A model generated the notes under the pieces. The model ran no database searches. It was not told where the DNA came from and was given only the letters and a program-made list of their open reading frames with translations. Made by a program: the position numbers and the translations under genes. From NCBI GenBank assembly GCA_963727445.1, contig CAVSGI010000021.1:224001-288000 (forward strand): 64,000 bases of DNA. The letters run 5' to 3'. The stretch comes from an uncultured delta proteobacterium. Lineage in GTDB: Bacteria; Myxococcota_A; Polyangia; Polyangiales; B10-G4. Positions 37,504 through 47,790 of the stretch are shown here, one piece after another (position 1 is the stretch's first letter; the number at the start of each line of letters is the position of its first letter).

Positions 37504-39132
37504 GTGGCGAAGATGTTCGCCGCCCGCCCGGACTTCCAGGAAGACGCGCTCGAGAAGCGTCGCGTCAAGGAGGCGGTGCGCGCGCGGATGTTCGGTGCCC
37601 AGACCGCGCCGCTCGTCATCGGGCCCTACGAGATCCGTCGGCGCATCGGCGCGGGTGCGATGGGCGTCGTCTACGAGGCCTGGGACCCGCGGCTCCGGCG
37701 CCTGGTCGCGCTCAAGATGCTCCTGGCCGAGTCCGACGACGATACGCGCACCACACGACTCATCCGCGAAGCGCAGGCGCTGGCGCAGCTCCGCCACCCC
37801 AACGTCGTGGGTGTCCACGACGTCGGCACCCACGACGGCCGCATCTACGTCGTCATGGAGATGGTGCAGGGGGTGACGCTCGAGGAATGGGCACGGACGA
37901 CCCGCCCCGACGTGAAAGGTGTGCTGGCGATGCTCGTCGCCATCGGCCAGGGCCTCGCGGCGGCCCACGAGCGCGGCCTCGTGCATCGCGACATCAAACC
38001 GGACAACGTGCTCGTCGATCGCGAGGGGACACCGCGGGTCGTGGATTTCGGGCTGGCGCGCGTGGCACAGACGGATCTGCTCAGCTCCCTCGCGCAGCAG
38101 ATCCCCGGCGCGGCGCTCGACATGCGCCTCACCCAGACCGGCACCGCACTGGGAACGCCCGTCTACATGTCGCCGGAGCAACTCCGCGGCGCGCCGGTGG
38201 ATGCGCGAAGCGACCAATACGCGTTTGGCGTGATGGCGTACCACCTCTTGTACGGGAGCTTCCCGTATCGGGCGGACTCGATCGGCCACCTGATCGCGGC
38301 CGTGACGAGCGAAGACCTACAGGTCCCCTCGCCGCGTGGCGAAGCGGCCCAGGTGCGTGAGGCGATCCTCCGCACGCTGTCGAAGGAGCCGGAGAAGCGC
38401 TTCGCCTCCATGCGGGACCTCCTCGCCGTGCTCGCGCGCGTGCCCGAGCCGCGGGCGCCTGCCCCGAGCCCGGCGCGCGGTGAAGGACGGGCTCTGCTGA
38501 TCGGGCTCGTCGCCCTCGCTGCGCTCGTCCTCGTCGGAGGCGTCGGCGTCACCGTCGGCTTTCTCGTCGCGCGGGACGGCGGCGCGCCGGGCGGCCCGCA
38601 GGCGACGACCGCGGCGATCCCCGTGCCCGCGTTCGATCTCGACGCGGCGATGATGCCTTCCGCGACGCCCGCGTCAACGACGGAGCGCGACGCGGGCGCC
38701 GGCGCCATCGACGCGACGCCCGAGGCCACGGCGCCGACGCCGACGCCGCGCGCGCCCGAACGCCCCTCGGCCACGCCGGAGCGGCGCCGAGCCCCTCGCC
38801 GCGAGATCCGCATCGGCAGCAGCGAGAATCTCTGGCGCAACAGCGACCCCGCGCGATCCGCGGTGCGGGGGCTCGCGGGGCCGGTCTCCAACTGCTTCGA
38901 TCCCGACTGGGACTATCCGCGCAGGGGCCCGACTCAGCTCGGCGTGTACGTGACGATCGAGCCGGACGGCAGCGTAGAGGACATCGAGGTCGAGGACATG
39001 GACTACGTCCCCGAGCCGTACCGTCGCTGCATCGGTCGGGTCTTCCGACAGCGCCTCGGGCCCCTGCCTCCCACCGCCCGCGGCTGGGGCGGGCGCTTCT
39101 GGTACGTGATCCCCTTTCGGCCGGCGGACTGA
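37504..39132 (+). CDS. Membrane-anchored Hanks-type Ser/Thr kinase with C-terminal TonB-C/AgmX-like domain
   Basis: IGAGAMGVVY, VALK, HRDIKPDN, DFGLA, GTPVYMSPEQ, SDQYAFG; TM helix; Pro/Thr linker; C..YVTIEPDGSV..C. Confidence 0.93.
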   Translation: MAKMFAARPDFQEDALEKRRVKEAVRARMFGAQTAPLVIGPYEIRRRIGAGAMGVVYEAWDPRLRRLVALKMLLAESDDDTRTTRLIREAQALAQLRHPNVVGVHDVGTHDGRIYVVMEMVQGVTLEEWARTTRPDVKGVLAMLVAIGQGLAAAHERGLVHRDIKPDNVLVDREGTPRVVDFGLARVAQTDLLSSLAQQIPGAALDMRLTQTGTALGTPVYMSPEQLRGAPVDARSDQYAFGVMAYHLLYGSFPYRADSIGHLIAAVTSEDLQVPSPRGEAAQVREAILRTLSKEPEKRFASMRDLLAVLARVPEPRAPAPSPARGEGRALLIGLVALAALVLVGGVGVTVGFLVARDGGAPGGPQATTAAIPVPAFDLDAAMMPSATPASTTERDAGAGAIDATPEATAPTPTPRAPERPSATPERRRAPRREIRIGSSENLWRNSDPARSAVRGLAGPVSNCFDPDWDYPRRGPTQLGVYVTIEPDGSVEDIEVEDMDYVPEPYRRCIGRVFRQRLGPLPPTARGWGGRFWYVIPFRPAD

Positions 39133-39139
39133 ACGACGA

Positions 39140-39170
39140 CGCCCCCACCGCCGAATCGGCGATGGGGGCG
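39140..39170. terminator. GC-rich hairpin between convergent genes
   Basis: CGCCCCCACCGCCG-AAT-CGGCGATGGGGGCG, 13 of 14 pairs; no U-tract. Confidence 0.6.
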
Positions 39171-39191
39171 CGCCCGCGAGCGGCCGGTGCT

Positions 39192-40142
39192 TCAGCGACG
39201 CGCGAAGGAGAGGTTCACGTCGATCGCGTCCGGGCCGCTCTCGGCCAGAACGCGAAGGCGGAGCCGCCCCTCGGCGTAGCCGGCCGGCGCGAGCGACATC
39301 TGCTGGTAGAGGCGGTCGCCGCGGACGACGAGCGTGAGGCGTCCGTCGGCGTCGGTGCGGAGCGTCCGCATCGGGTTCACGATCTCGCGAGCGAAGAAGT
39401 CGTGCCAGAAGCCCGAGGTCGAGATGCGATCCCCGGTCGGTCCGACCACGACGCCGGGATCGACGGGGGAGATGGTCCAGCCCTCGATGTAGAACGACGT
39501 GTTGGCGAGCGCCGGGTCCGTGTTCACCTGGATGACGAGGACGTCGGAGGTGGGACCGTAGGGATCGCTCGAGACGAGACCACCCGGGGCGACCCAGATC
39601 GGGATCTCGGGTGGGTTTTCCGATCGCGTCGAGCCGCCGAAGTAGGGGACGAGGTTCGCTCCGCCGACCTGGATCATTCGGCCGCCGGCGGGGCCGGCGT
39701 ACGCGGCATAGAAGACGGAGAAGTGATCGGCCCAACCGGAGATCGTTCGGTTGGCCTCGTCGACCTGCACGTCGTCGAGCTCCTCGATGGTCCCGCCGCT
39801 CTCGTGAAAGAGATGGAGCTCTTCGAAGCGGGTCCCAGCGGGCACGTGGAGCTGGATCCAGACCGGCTCTTCGAAGTGCGTCCCATCGGGGCCGAAGTCC
39901 CAGGCCCAGCCGGCGATCTCACGACCCTCGAGCTCCTCGTACGCATCGAGGCGGGTGATGGTGATGGTGGTATCCGTGAGAACGGCGCCCGGAGGCACCA
40001 TGATGTGGGCGGTGTCGTCGGGTGTGCAGATGTAGGCACCCTCGGAGACGGTGGCGATCTGACCGACGCTCACCCCTCCCATGTCGAAGGGAAAACACCC
40101 GGAAAGCAGGACCAAAAGGACGACCAGCGAGCTCTTCTTCAA
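39192..40142 (-). CDS. Hypothetical lipoprotein with ZU5-like N-terminal domain
   Basis: TTG start after GAGGAGG; LLSGC lipobox; VPPGAV..ITI..DFGPDGTHFEEPVWI..DHFSVF. Confidence 0.7.
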   Translation of the reverse strand: MKKSSLVVLLVLLSGCFPFDMGGVSVGQIATVSEGAYICTPDDTAHIMVPPGAVLTDTTITITRLDAYEELEGREIAGWAWDFGPDGTHFEEPVWIQLHVPAGTRFEELHLFHESGGTIEELDDVQVDEANRTISGWADHFSVFYAAYAGPAGGRMIQVGGANLVPYFGGSTRSENPPEIPIWVAPGGLVSSDPYGPTSDVLVIQVNTDPALANTSFYIEGWTISPVDPGVVVGPTGDRISTSGFWHDFFAREIVNPMRTLRTDADGRLTLVVRGDRLYQQMSLAPAGYAEGRLRLRVLAESGPDAIDVNLSFARR

Positions 40143-40300
40143 ATTCTTCCTCCTCGTGCGGCGACATGCCGTTCGAGGGGGAAGTGCGCGGCGAGCCCAG
40201 ATCGATCACTCGAGGCGCCATTTTTTTTCCGGGGGACCCGCGTGCGACTCGCCGGAGGTCGTGCGCAAAGCCCGGTCGAGGGTGTCGCGCCAGCTATTGG

Positions 40301-41188
40301 CTACGCCGCGTCGGCGCGGAGGGCGAGGGAGCGGACGCGCTGGGGCGAAGGCAGCTCGACCTTTGCCAGCGCATGGCAGAGCGCCTCGGGTCCGCTGAAC
40401 CCGACGGCATCCGCCACCCGCTCCGTGGTCGCGTGCGCCGAAGTCATCAGAATGCACGCGGAGGCGAGACGCCAGTAGCGGAGCGCGGACCGCCAGTCGC
40501 GTGCGCCGACGCCCTGCAGGCCGAAGTGCGCGTGGTACGCATCGACCTGGCGCGCGATGGTGCGGCGGGAGCAGCCGAGCTCGCTCACCAAATCGACGGT
40601 CATCGGACTCGAGTCGAGTCGCGACAGGACGCGATCCATCGCGCGAGCGATGGGTGCGAAACCAGCGCCCTCTTCGTCGACGGTGTCCAGGTCGGTCAGC
40701 GAATCGAGGGCCACGCCCTCCGCTCGCACGAGCCGGACGAGCTCGGCAGCCGCGGACGCCGAGCAGCTCGCGTCGCCGCCTCGAACCGCGCGCGCGACCC
40801 CGTCGAAAGCCTCTGGCCGCGAGGAGGTGCCGACCTCCGCCGATACACAGGGTGCGGTCAGCAGCTTGGTCTCCACATCGAAGGTCAAAAGGCGGGCGTT
40901 CGGCTCGATGCGCCAGACGAACGAGTCCAACTGCGGCTGAAGGAGCATCGAAGCGCGCCTCAGCTCCCAGGCCCCTGCACCCGATCGCACCTGCGCCCGG
41001 CCAGAGAGGACGACGGTGAGCCTCGCTCGACCCTGCTTCAGGCCGCGGCCAATCCGTGGGACGAAGAGCCCCTCATCGAGAGTCGCTCCGTCCACTTCCG
41101 TGACGCGGACGCAGAAGGCGGGATGCAGCAGTCGCGACACGCTCGCGCGCGCGTCGTCGAGTCCGATGCTGCGGTAGGACGAGAGCAC
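40301..41188 (-). CDS. AraC-family transcriptional regulator
   Basis: LGCSRRTIAR; WRL..A..L..TTERVADAVGFSGPEALCHAL..LPSP double HTH; start uncertain. Confidence 0.8.
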   Translation of the reverse strand: MLSSYRSIGLDDARASVSRLLHPAFCVRVTEVDGATLDEGLFVPRIGRGLKQGRARLTVVLSGRAQVRSGAGAWELRRASMLLQPQLDSFVWRIEPNARLLTFDVETKLLTAPCVSAEVGTSSRPEAFDGVARAVRGGDASCSASAAAELVRLVRAEGVALDSLTDLDTVDEEGAGFAPIARAMDRVLSRLDSSPMTVDLVSELGCSRRTIARQVDAYHAHFGLQGVGARDWRSALRYWRLASACILMTSAHATTERVADAVGFSGPEALCHALAKVELPSPQRVRSLALRADAA

Positions 41189-41194
41189 GATGTT

Positions 41195-42392
41195 TCATAG
41201 CAGGTCGAGCGCGCCGAGCATCTCCACGAGCACGGCGTTGACGTCAGCGCCGGTCTGGTTGAGCACCACGACGAGACGAATGCCGTCGTCGGGGAAGAAC
41301 GCTGCGAACGACTCGTAACCCCAGATCGAGCCCGTGTGGCCGAAGGATGCGTGTCCCGGCAGCGGGAAGGACATGACGGCCAGCCCGTAGGACACGCCAC
41401 CACTCGCTGGAATGGTCGTCAGCCATGCGTCCCGTTCACCCGATGGGGGTCGCGCGCCCGATTCCAGGGCACGCAGGAAGGAGAGGAGGTCCCCCGCGGT
41501 CGAGGTCATCGCACCCGCAGGCCCGGCCAACGTCGGATCGTAAGTGTCGGTGACGACGCCAGGCCCCGCGAACGGCGCTCCGTATCCGGGCAACAGATCG
41601 GCAACAGGTGCGGCCGGTTCGTATCCCGTGCTCGCGAGCGCCAGAGGTTCCGTGATCCGAGCCTGCAGGAGATCCGCCAGCGTCTCGCCGCTGACGCGTT
41701 CGAGGATGGCCCCGAGCAGGTAGTAGTTGGAGTTGCTGTACGACCAGCCTTCACCGGGCGCGAAGCTCGGTTCCCCTTCCATCACGTAGCCGACCACTTC
41801 GGCGACGCCGAGCTCGCGGAGCGGCGCCTCACGAACACGCGCTTGGAACGTCGGGCTTTGGAGGTAGTCGTAGATGCCGCTCGTGTGTTGGAGCATCTGG
41901 CGAATGGTGATCCGATTCCGCATTCGGGATCTCCGGAAACCACCCCGAGAGGCGATCCTCGAGGGAGAGGGCTCCATCCTCGACGAGCTCGAGCGCGAGC
42001 ACGCCGACGAACAACTTGGTCACGCTTCCGATCCGAAACGGCGTGTCCGGCGACATCACGTCCGGACCGAGGAGGCCGATCCACCGCCCCTCACCTTCGA
42101 CCTCCACGCCGGCGATGGCCGAACGGGCCCCCGAGGCGCCGAGACCGCGCTCGAGCGCTGCAGCGAGCCGGGACGCGCGATCTGGACCGATAGGGGGAAC
42201 GGTCGATGCGTCCGCGACTGACGCGTCCGGCGGGCCACCGTCATCTCGTACGCCCGAATCCGGCTCGTCCCCGGCATCGCTTCCCGCGTCGAGGTGCACG
42301 GGCGTGGGGCCGGGCGTCCCGTTGCACGCTCCGGCCGCCGTCGCGAGCATCAGGAGCGCAAAGGGGCCCCGCAGGTCGAAGTGTCCGGTCAT
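41195..42392 (-). CDS. Serine hydrolase (class C beta-lactamase / S12 family) lipoprotein, +1 frameshift near 41916
   Basis: AAGAC lipobox, FRIGSVTK (SxxK); second frame ITIRQMLQHTSGI, YSNSNY, GHTGS; removing one base gives PNADRITIRQ. Confidence 0.85.
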
Positions 42393-42508
42393 GGTTCCTC
42401 CTCTCGAGCCGGAGGAACTCTAGGTGGCCTCGGTGTGGCGGCCATTGATAGTTTGGGACAGCCGCCGAGCTCCGCTCGACGTGAAGGCGGATGGTAGTGT
42501 TCGCCGCC

Positions 42509-44614
42509 ATGGCCGATCGGAGCCAGCTCCCCGAAGTCCTCGCACGTCCTCCGTGGAAGCGCCCGAAGAAGGAGCGCCCGACGGTGCCCCGGCGAGACGG
42601 AATCGCACTGGCCGACTACCCCTCGTCGTCCGATCTGCCCCCTGAGCGGGCCCAGGAGCGCCGGCCGGAGGTGGAGAAGCGCTTCGAGAGCCCGGGCCCG
42701 GACGCGCGCCTGATGCTGCTCGATCTCCGTCACTGCAGCGACGAAGTCGCCCTTCGCGCGTTCACAGAGCTCCCCGTGGAGGTCTGGGTCTACACGAACG
42801 TCGATCACGTGCGTCACGTCCTCGCACGCTTCGGCGCCGAGGTGTTCCCCGCGCTCGTGGCCTACGGCGCGCTCCATCCCGATCACCTCGCCGAGCTCGT
42901 GATCCACGTCGACGCACCTCACCCGGCGCTGCTCTGTGCGCTTTGGGTCTCCCGAGGGACTGCGCTCGCCGCGCCCGGCCGTGCCTGGCTGTCCGCCCAT
43001 CCGGAGGCAGCGGCGGTGGGGCTGATCCCGAGCGTATTGGGCGAGCCGGGAAAGGAACGGGCCGCGGCCGAGTCTGCGCTGCGCATCGTCCAAGCCAACG
43101 ATGAAGGCGCCGTCGCTGCGGCGTGCGCGCGCTACGGCGAAGCGGTCGCGCGCGACGTGAGGGCGATCGTCGAGACCCCGCCGATCTGGAGCTTCCCAGC
43201 GAAGGTGCCGAAGCTGCCCAAATGGTGGAGTGCATCCGCGCTGCCCGAGGTTCGTCTTCGCGACGGAACGCCCCTCGGCGAAGACGCCATCGACGCCATC
43301 GGGACGATGCTGCGCTTCACCTCGATCGAGCTGCCCTACCCGGGTCTCGCGGACGTGCGCGACGCCTGCGATCCGCGCTCGTTGGACGAGCTGGCCTGGG
43401 GGATCGTCGAGCTCTGGGTCGGTGCCGGCGCATCTGCCAACGCCTACTGGGCCCTGTACGCGGTCGCGCACCTGGGCGCGGACTACGCGACGGGCCAACT
43501 GGCGCGAGCGATCACCGTCTGGCCCCGAGAGCGTGGGCTCGCCCGCGCCAAGCTCGGGTGCGACGTGCTGGTTCGCATCGGTAGCGACGCCGCCCTCGCA
43601 CGACTCGACCGAATCAGCCGCACGGTTCGCAAGGCAGCGCTCCGAAGACACGCGGAAGCCGCCATCGAAGAGGTCGCTCGACGGCGCGGTCTGTCGCGCG
43701 ACGATCTCGATGATCGACTGGTCCCCGATCTGGGCCTCGACGCGGACGGGACGGCGACCCTCGACCTCGGTTCGCGGATCCTCGCGGTGCGCTTCGACGC
43801 GGAGCTGACGCCGTACCTCACCGATGAGGAAGGTCAGCGCCTGGCCCGACTTTCCAAGAAGAAGACGGACGACCCGGAGCTCGCCAAGAGCGCGAGCAAG
43901 CGGTGGAAGGCGCTGCGCAAGGACGCCGCCGCGGTGATCGACGGGCAGGTGCGTCGTCTCGAGAGGCGCATGGTCGAGCAGAAGAGCTGGCCGCTCCCGA
44001 CCTTCCGCACGCTCTTCCTCGACCATCCTCTCGTGAGCCACCTCGCGCGACGCCTCCTCTTCAGGTGTGACGACGGCGCCGGATCGTCGGTCTTCTTCCG
44101 CGTCACCGACGATGACGAGCTTCTGGATGCGAACGACGACCCTGCGCCGGCCGAGGGCGCACCCATCGCCATCGCCCACCCGCTCCTCCTGGACGCCGAA
44201 GCGAAGAAGAGATGGTCGGAGGTCTTCTCCGACTACGAGATCGTTCAGCCATTTCCGCAACTCGCGCGCGAGGTCCATCACCTGGATGAAGGAGATCGCG
44301 GCCGGCGCGACCTACCGGAGCGCTCGGGCCGCCCTGTCTGGACGAAGGTGCTCTTCGGCCTCGAGAGCCGCGGTTGGAAGCAGGGAGCCATCGAAGAGGG
44401 GTGGCTCCGCAGCTTCTACAAGTCGCTTGGTCGGCGCCATACCGTCCAGCTGCGCTTTCAGCCGGGCATGTACGTCGCGGACCCGAAGAGAGAGGAGGCG
44501 CAGACCATCGAGCACGTTCGCCTGCTCCAGAAGGGCACCTTCGGCGAGCTCGATCCGATCGCCTTCAGCGAGCTGGTGCGCGATCTCGATTCGCTCACGG
44601 GTCCGGACGGCTGA
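42509..44614 (+). CDS. DUF4132 domain protein (MolR-like)
   Basis: IGSDAAL..L, GLSRDDLDDRLVPDLGLD, RRLERRM..W, HPLV..ARRL, IAHP, WSEVFSDYEIVQPFPQLARE, FSELVRDL. Confidence 0.88.
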   Translation: MADRSQLPEVLARPPWKRPKKERPTVPRRDGIALADYPSSSDLPPERAQERRPEVEKRFESPGPDARLMLLDLRHCSDEVALRAFTELPVEVWVYTNVDHVRHVLARFGAEVFPALVAYGALHPDHLAELVIHVDAPHPALLCALWVSRGTALAAPGRAWLSAHPEAAAVGLIPSVLGEPGKERAAAESALRIVQANDEGAVAAACARYGEAVARDVRAIVETPPIWSFPAKVPKLPKWWSASALPEVRLRDGTPLGEDAIDAIGTMLRFTSIELPYPGLADVRDACDPRSLDELAWGIVELWVGAGASANAYWALYAVAHLGADYATGQLARAITVWPRERGLARAKLGCDVLVRIGSDAALARLDRISRTVRKAALRRHAEAAIEEVARRRGLSRDDLDDRLVPDLGLDADGTATLDLGSRILAVRFDAELTPYLTDEEGQRLARLSKKKTDDPELAKSASKRWKALRKDAAAVIDGQVRRLERRMVEQKSWPLPTFRTLFLDHPLVSHLARRLLFRCDDGAGSSVFFRVTDDDELLDANDDPAPAEGAPIAIAHPLLLDAEAKKRWSEVFSDYEIVQPFPQLAREVHHLDEGDRGRRDLPERSGRPVWTKVLFGLESRGWKQGAIEEGWLRSFYKSLGRRHTVQLRFQPGMYVADPKREEAQTIEHVRLLQKGTFGELDPIAFSELVRDLDSLTGPDG

Positions 44615-44657
44615 TATCCTCGGCCCCGTGGTGAGGGCCCAGCAGTCGAGACATTGG

Positions 44658-45674
44658 ATGCACGCGTGGGTTGCGATCGGGCTCGCGCTCGCGGGGTGTA
44701 GTGACGACGGGTCCGCTCTGGACGCCACGGCCGACGCCGGCGACGCGAGCGCTCCGGATACCGGCACGATCCGGGACAGCGCAGCGTCCGACGCCGGGCC
44801 CATCGTCGACCCTGCGCTCTTCGACTGCACCTCACCCGGGGCGACCGATCCGTCGATGCTGCCCGAGCGGACGAGCGCGATCCCCGCGTCGTGCGCGCTC
44901 GACGTCGAGTGCCACACGCCAGAGGTGTCGGCACATCGCGGCGCTGGAGGGCCGATCGGCCGCGTGGCACCCGAGGATACGCTCGCCGCTTATCGCGCGG
45001 GGATCGTGCTCGGCGTCGAATTCGTGGAGACCGATCCCCGGCCGACCTCGGACGGCGTCCTGGTCAACATCCACGACCCGCGCGTGGACCGAACGACGGA
45101 TGGAATGGGGGTCGTCGAGGAGATGACCTTCGACGAGGTGCGGGCGCTCCACATCACGACGGATCTGCCCGGCGACTACTCCTGTGAGCGCGTCCCGACG
45201 CTGGAGGAAATTCTGAGAACCTGCCGTGGCCGCGCGGTGGTGCTGGTCGACGCCAACAAGACGGACCGCGTCGACCTGCTCGTCGATGCGATTCACGCCG
45301 CCGACGCCGTCGAGTGGGCGGTCTTCGACACGAGCAGCCTCGACAAGATCGACGAAGCGCTCGCGCTCGATCCGACGTTGCACTTCATGATTCGGCCCGA
45401 CTCGGTCGACCAGATCGAGCCGCAGATGGACCACTACGCACCCGCGCTACCGGTGATCGTGGAGCTGAACGTCACCGACGTCGATGCGGGCGTACCCATC
45501 GTTCACGCCCGCGGGACTCGGGCCTTGTCCGACGTGTTTGCGGCCGACGTCCTCTACAACACCACCGCCGATCCCCAGGGCTACGCCGACGTGCTCGACG
45601 CCGGCCTCGACATCTTGCAGTCCGACCGCGCCGACGTCGTCATCGACTTCCTGCGGAGCCGCGGCGACCGCTGA
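44658..45674 (+). CDS. Glycerophosphodiester phosphodiesterase family lipoprotein
   Basis: LALAGC lipobox; SAHRGA, APEDT, VETD, TSDGVLVNIHD..RTT, VPTLEE, LQSD. Confidence 0.9.
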   Translation: MHAWVAIGLALAGCSDDGSALDATADAGDASAPDTGTIRDSAASDAGPIVDPALFDCTSPGATDPSMLPERTSAIPASCALDVECHTPEVSAHRGAGGPIGRVAPEDTLAAYRAGIVLGVEFVETDPRPTSDGVLVNIHDPRVDRTTDGMGVVEEMTFDEVRALHITTDLPGDYSCERVPTLEEILRTCRGRAVVLVDANKTDRVDLLVDAIHAADAVEWAVFDTSSLDKIDEALALDPTLHFMIRPDSVDQIEPQMDHYAPALPVIVELNVTDVDAGVPIVHARGTRALSDVFAADVLYNTTADPQGYADVLDAGLDILQSDRADVVIDFLRSRGDR

Positions 45675-45720
45675 GACGGGCCTCGTGCGAGGCGGACGCG
45701 CGAGGACGTGCTCGCCCTGC

Positions 45721-47790
45721 TCAGTCGGGAGCCGCGTAGTCGCAGATGCTCGCGGCCGTGCACACCAGGCCATCGCAGCAATCGTCGCCGCCGCAAGAGT
45801 CTCCGCGTTCGCGACAGGTCGTCGTAGGCGGAATGCAGGTGTCGTCGGGGCCACACTCGAGGCTGCAGCACTCTGCGCTATCACCGCAGGAGGTGCCGTT
45901 CGACTTGCAGGGGGGCGGAACCCACTGCGGCGAGAGGATCGTGGCGACCTCCTGACCTGCGAGATAGTAGGGAACCTCCGAGGGATCGGTGGTCCCGTCC
46001 GGCGCGCGTGAGATCGCGCTGACCCACACCTGCTTCTGGCCGTGCACGCCCGCGGGCGCGTTGCCGTAGTCGTGCATGGTGGTGAACAGGAGCCAGAAGA
46101 ACCCGCCGGAGTCGAAGGGGGAGAAGGTGGGCCGGAACGAGTCGTTGGTCGTCCCCGCGTCGTCGGCCGGTCCGAAGTTGGCGTTGTCCAGACGCACCGG
46201 GGTGCCTCCCTCGGGACCGATCATCCACAGCGCGCCCTGCCTTCCGGACAGGCCACCGGTCTCCTCGCGCGTCCGGCGCGTCTGGCCGTGTTGGTACGCG
46301 ATCCACTGCGAGTCGGGCGTCCAGGTGGGGTGCCAGTCGACGGTGCCGCCGGGCGACGTCGCGGCGCCGTGGATCACCGAGGGCGATCCGAACGAGCCAT
46401 CGGCCATCACGGGGGTGATCGCGAGGTCGTTGTCGCGGTTGCTGTAGGCGATGGTCGCCCCGTCAGGGGACCACTCCGGGTCGTAGCCGTCTCCTGGCAG
46501 CCCAGCGAACGCGGCGAGCTCGGCGCCGGTGCTCATGTCGATGATGCCGAAAGGCTGGCTGGTGGCATTCGCTCCGCAGTCGCCCGTGACGACGAGCGTC
46601 GAGTCGGGATTGAACGACTGGCAGCGCCGCACTTCGTAGCGCACGGCGAAGAGGTTCGGAGCCGGGGACGCCGTCAGGTCACCGGTGATGTCGAACGCCG
46701 TCACCGTCTCGGACGGCTCGCGAACCGCCATCAGGCGCTGTCCGTCGCGCGAGACCGAGTGACAGCCGATGCAGTCGTCGCCGGGGTTCGGCAGGAAGTC
46801 GACCAGATCTGCGCCCTGAACGTCGAGGCGCATCAGACGAGCCGCAGGCGGAGACCAGTAGTAGACCGATCCACCCAGCACCGCGTCGACGGTGCGGAAG
46901 TCGACCGCCGCGCTCTGGTAGACCGCGCCGCCGGAAGACACCTCGACCGTGATCTCGATCGGCTCGCCGATGTCGCTCCCGGAGATGGGCGACCAACTGT
47001 CGGTGTCGAGCTGCCAGCTGTCGGTGAAGCCGGCACCACTTCGGAAGTAGCCATCGAGGACCGCGTGGGGACGGACGAGACTGACGTGCCACAGTTCGTC
47101 CGCGCCGGCGGGATGCTGCGGTGTCCACATGACGTTCGGCGGATAGACGTTCCGGGGCATCACCGCCCCGGCGAGCGGGTAGTCGATGCGCGGCGACGTC
47201 GATGCGTCCGTGCTCGGCGTCGCGCCATCGAAGATCCCCGGATCGGATGGTGATACGCCCGTTCCCAGCACCACGCCGCGGTAGGTCACGGTGAGGCCGG
47301 TCGTCGCCGCTGGTCCCACGCCGCCCGCCTGCTGCACGCGCACGGTCGCCGTGCCGCCCACGCCGGCCGCCGTGAACACGCCACTCGACGGACCGATGTC
47401 GCCGAGAGAAGGGTTGTCGATGGAGAAGACGAGCCCACTCGTCAGGGGAACCGTCGTTCCGTCGCGCTGCTCGCCGACGACGGTGAAGGCCAGAGTGAGC
47501 GGATCGCCCGGCAGGGCGATCACCGGATTGTCCGGCGTCAGCGTGAGCGAGAGGATGTCGGTCGGGCTCTCCATCCCCGCATCGCCCCCGGCCATGCAAT
47601 GACCGTCGATGCAATCCTCGCCCGCGGGGCACTCGTCGCTGGACTCGCAGGAGGTGCGACCGCTGCCGCCCACGGCGTCCGCGGAGCAGGCCGCGCCGAG
47701 GCTCGCCGAAGCCAGGACGAAGAGGATCGCGACCGCGCGCGCTCGCGTCGTTCGGCCGATGAAAAGAGTCGAAGTCGGGGGATTCGTCAT
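45721..47790 (-). CDS. Cys-rich lipoprotein with Ig-like and TolB/PD40 beta-propeller regions
   Basis: LGAAC lipobox; YPLAGAVMPRN, GSVYYW, CIGCHSVSRDG, PEWSPDG, PTWTPDSQWIAY, PTFSP, DPS..YYLAGQ. Confidence 0.8.
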   Translation of the reverse strand: MTNPPTSTLFIGRTTRARAVAILFVLASASLGAACSADAVGGSGRTSCESSDECPAGEDCIDGHCMAGGDAGMESPTDILSLTLTPDNPVIALPGDPLTLAFTVVGEQRDGTTVPLTSGLVFSIDNPSLGDIGPSSGVFTAAGVGGTATVRVQQAGGVGPAATTGLTVTYRGVVLGTGVSPSDPGIFDGATPSTDASTSPRIDYPLAGAVMPRNVYPPNVMWTPQHPAGADELWHVSLVRPHAVLDGYFRSGAGFTDSWQLDTDSWSPISGSDIGEPIEITVEVSSGGAVYQSAAVDFRTVDAVLGGSVYYWSPPAARLMRLDVQGADLVDFLPNPGDDCIGCHSVSRDGQRLMAVREPSETVTAFDITGDLTASPAPNLFAVRYEVRRCQSFNPDSTLVVTGDCGANATSQPFGIIDMSTGAELAAFAGLPGDGYDPEWSPDGATIAYSNRDNDLAITPVMADGSFGSPSVIHGAATSPGGTVDWHPTWTPDSQWIAYQHGQTRRTREETGGLSGRQGALWMIGPEGGTPVRLDNANFGPADDAGTTNDSFRPTFSPFDSGGFFWLLFTTMHDYGNAPAGVHGQKQVWVSAISRAPDGTTDPSEVPYYLAGQEVATILSPQWVPPPCKSNGTSCGDSAECCSLECGPDDTCIPPTTTCRERGDSCGGDDCCDGLVCTAASICDYAAPD

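Noticed and set aside
40221..40228. T8 tract in the intergenic region as a phase-variation site or terminator
   Set aside because: Non-coding, short and without a convincing adjacent stem
45790..45830. RGD tripeptide in the Cys-rich tail of the TolB-like protein (CRERGDSC)
   Set aside because: Single occurrence, expected by chance in GC-rich coding sequence
46750..46780. CIGCH as a c-type heme site in the TolB-like protein
   Set aside because: Sits at the start of a propeller blade with no other cytochrome features; cannot be supported from sequence alone
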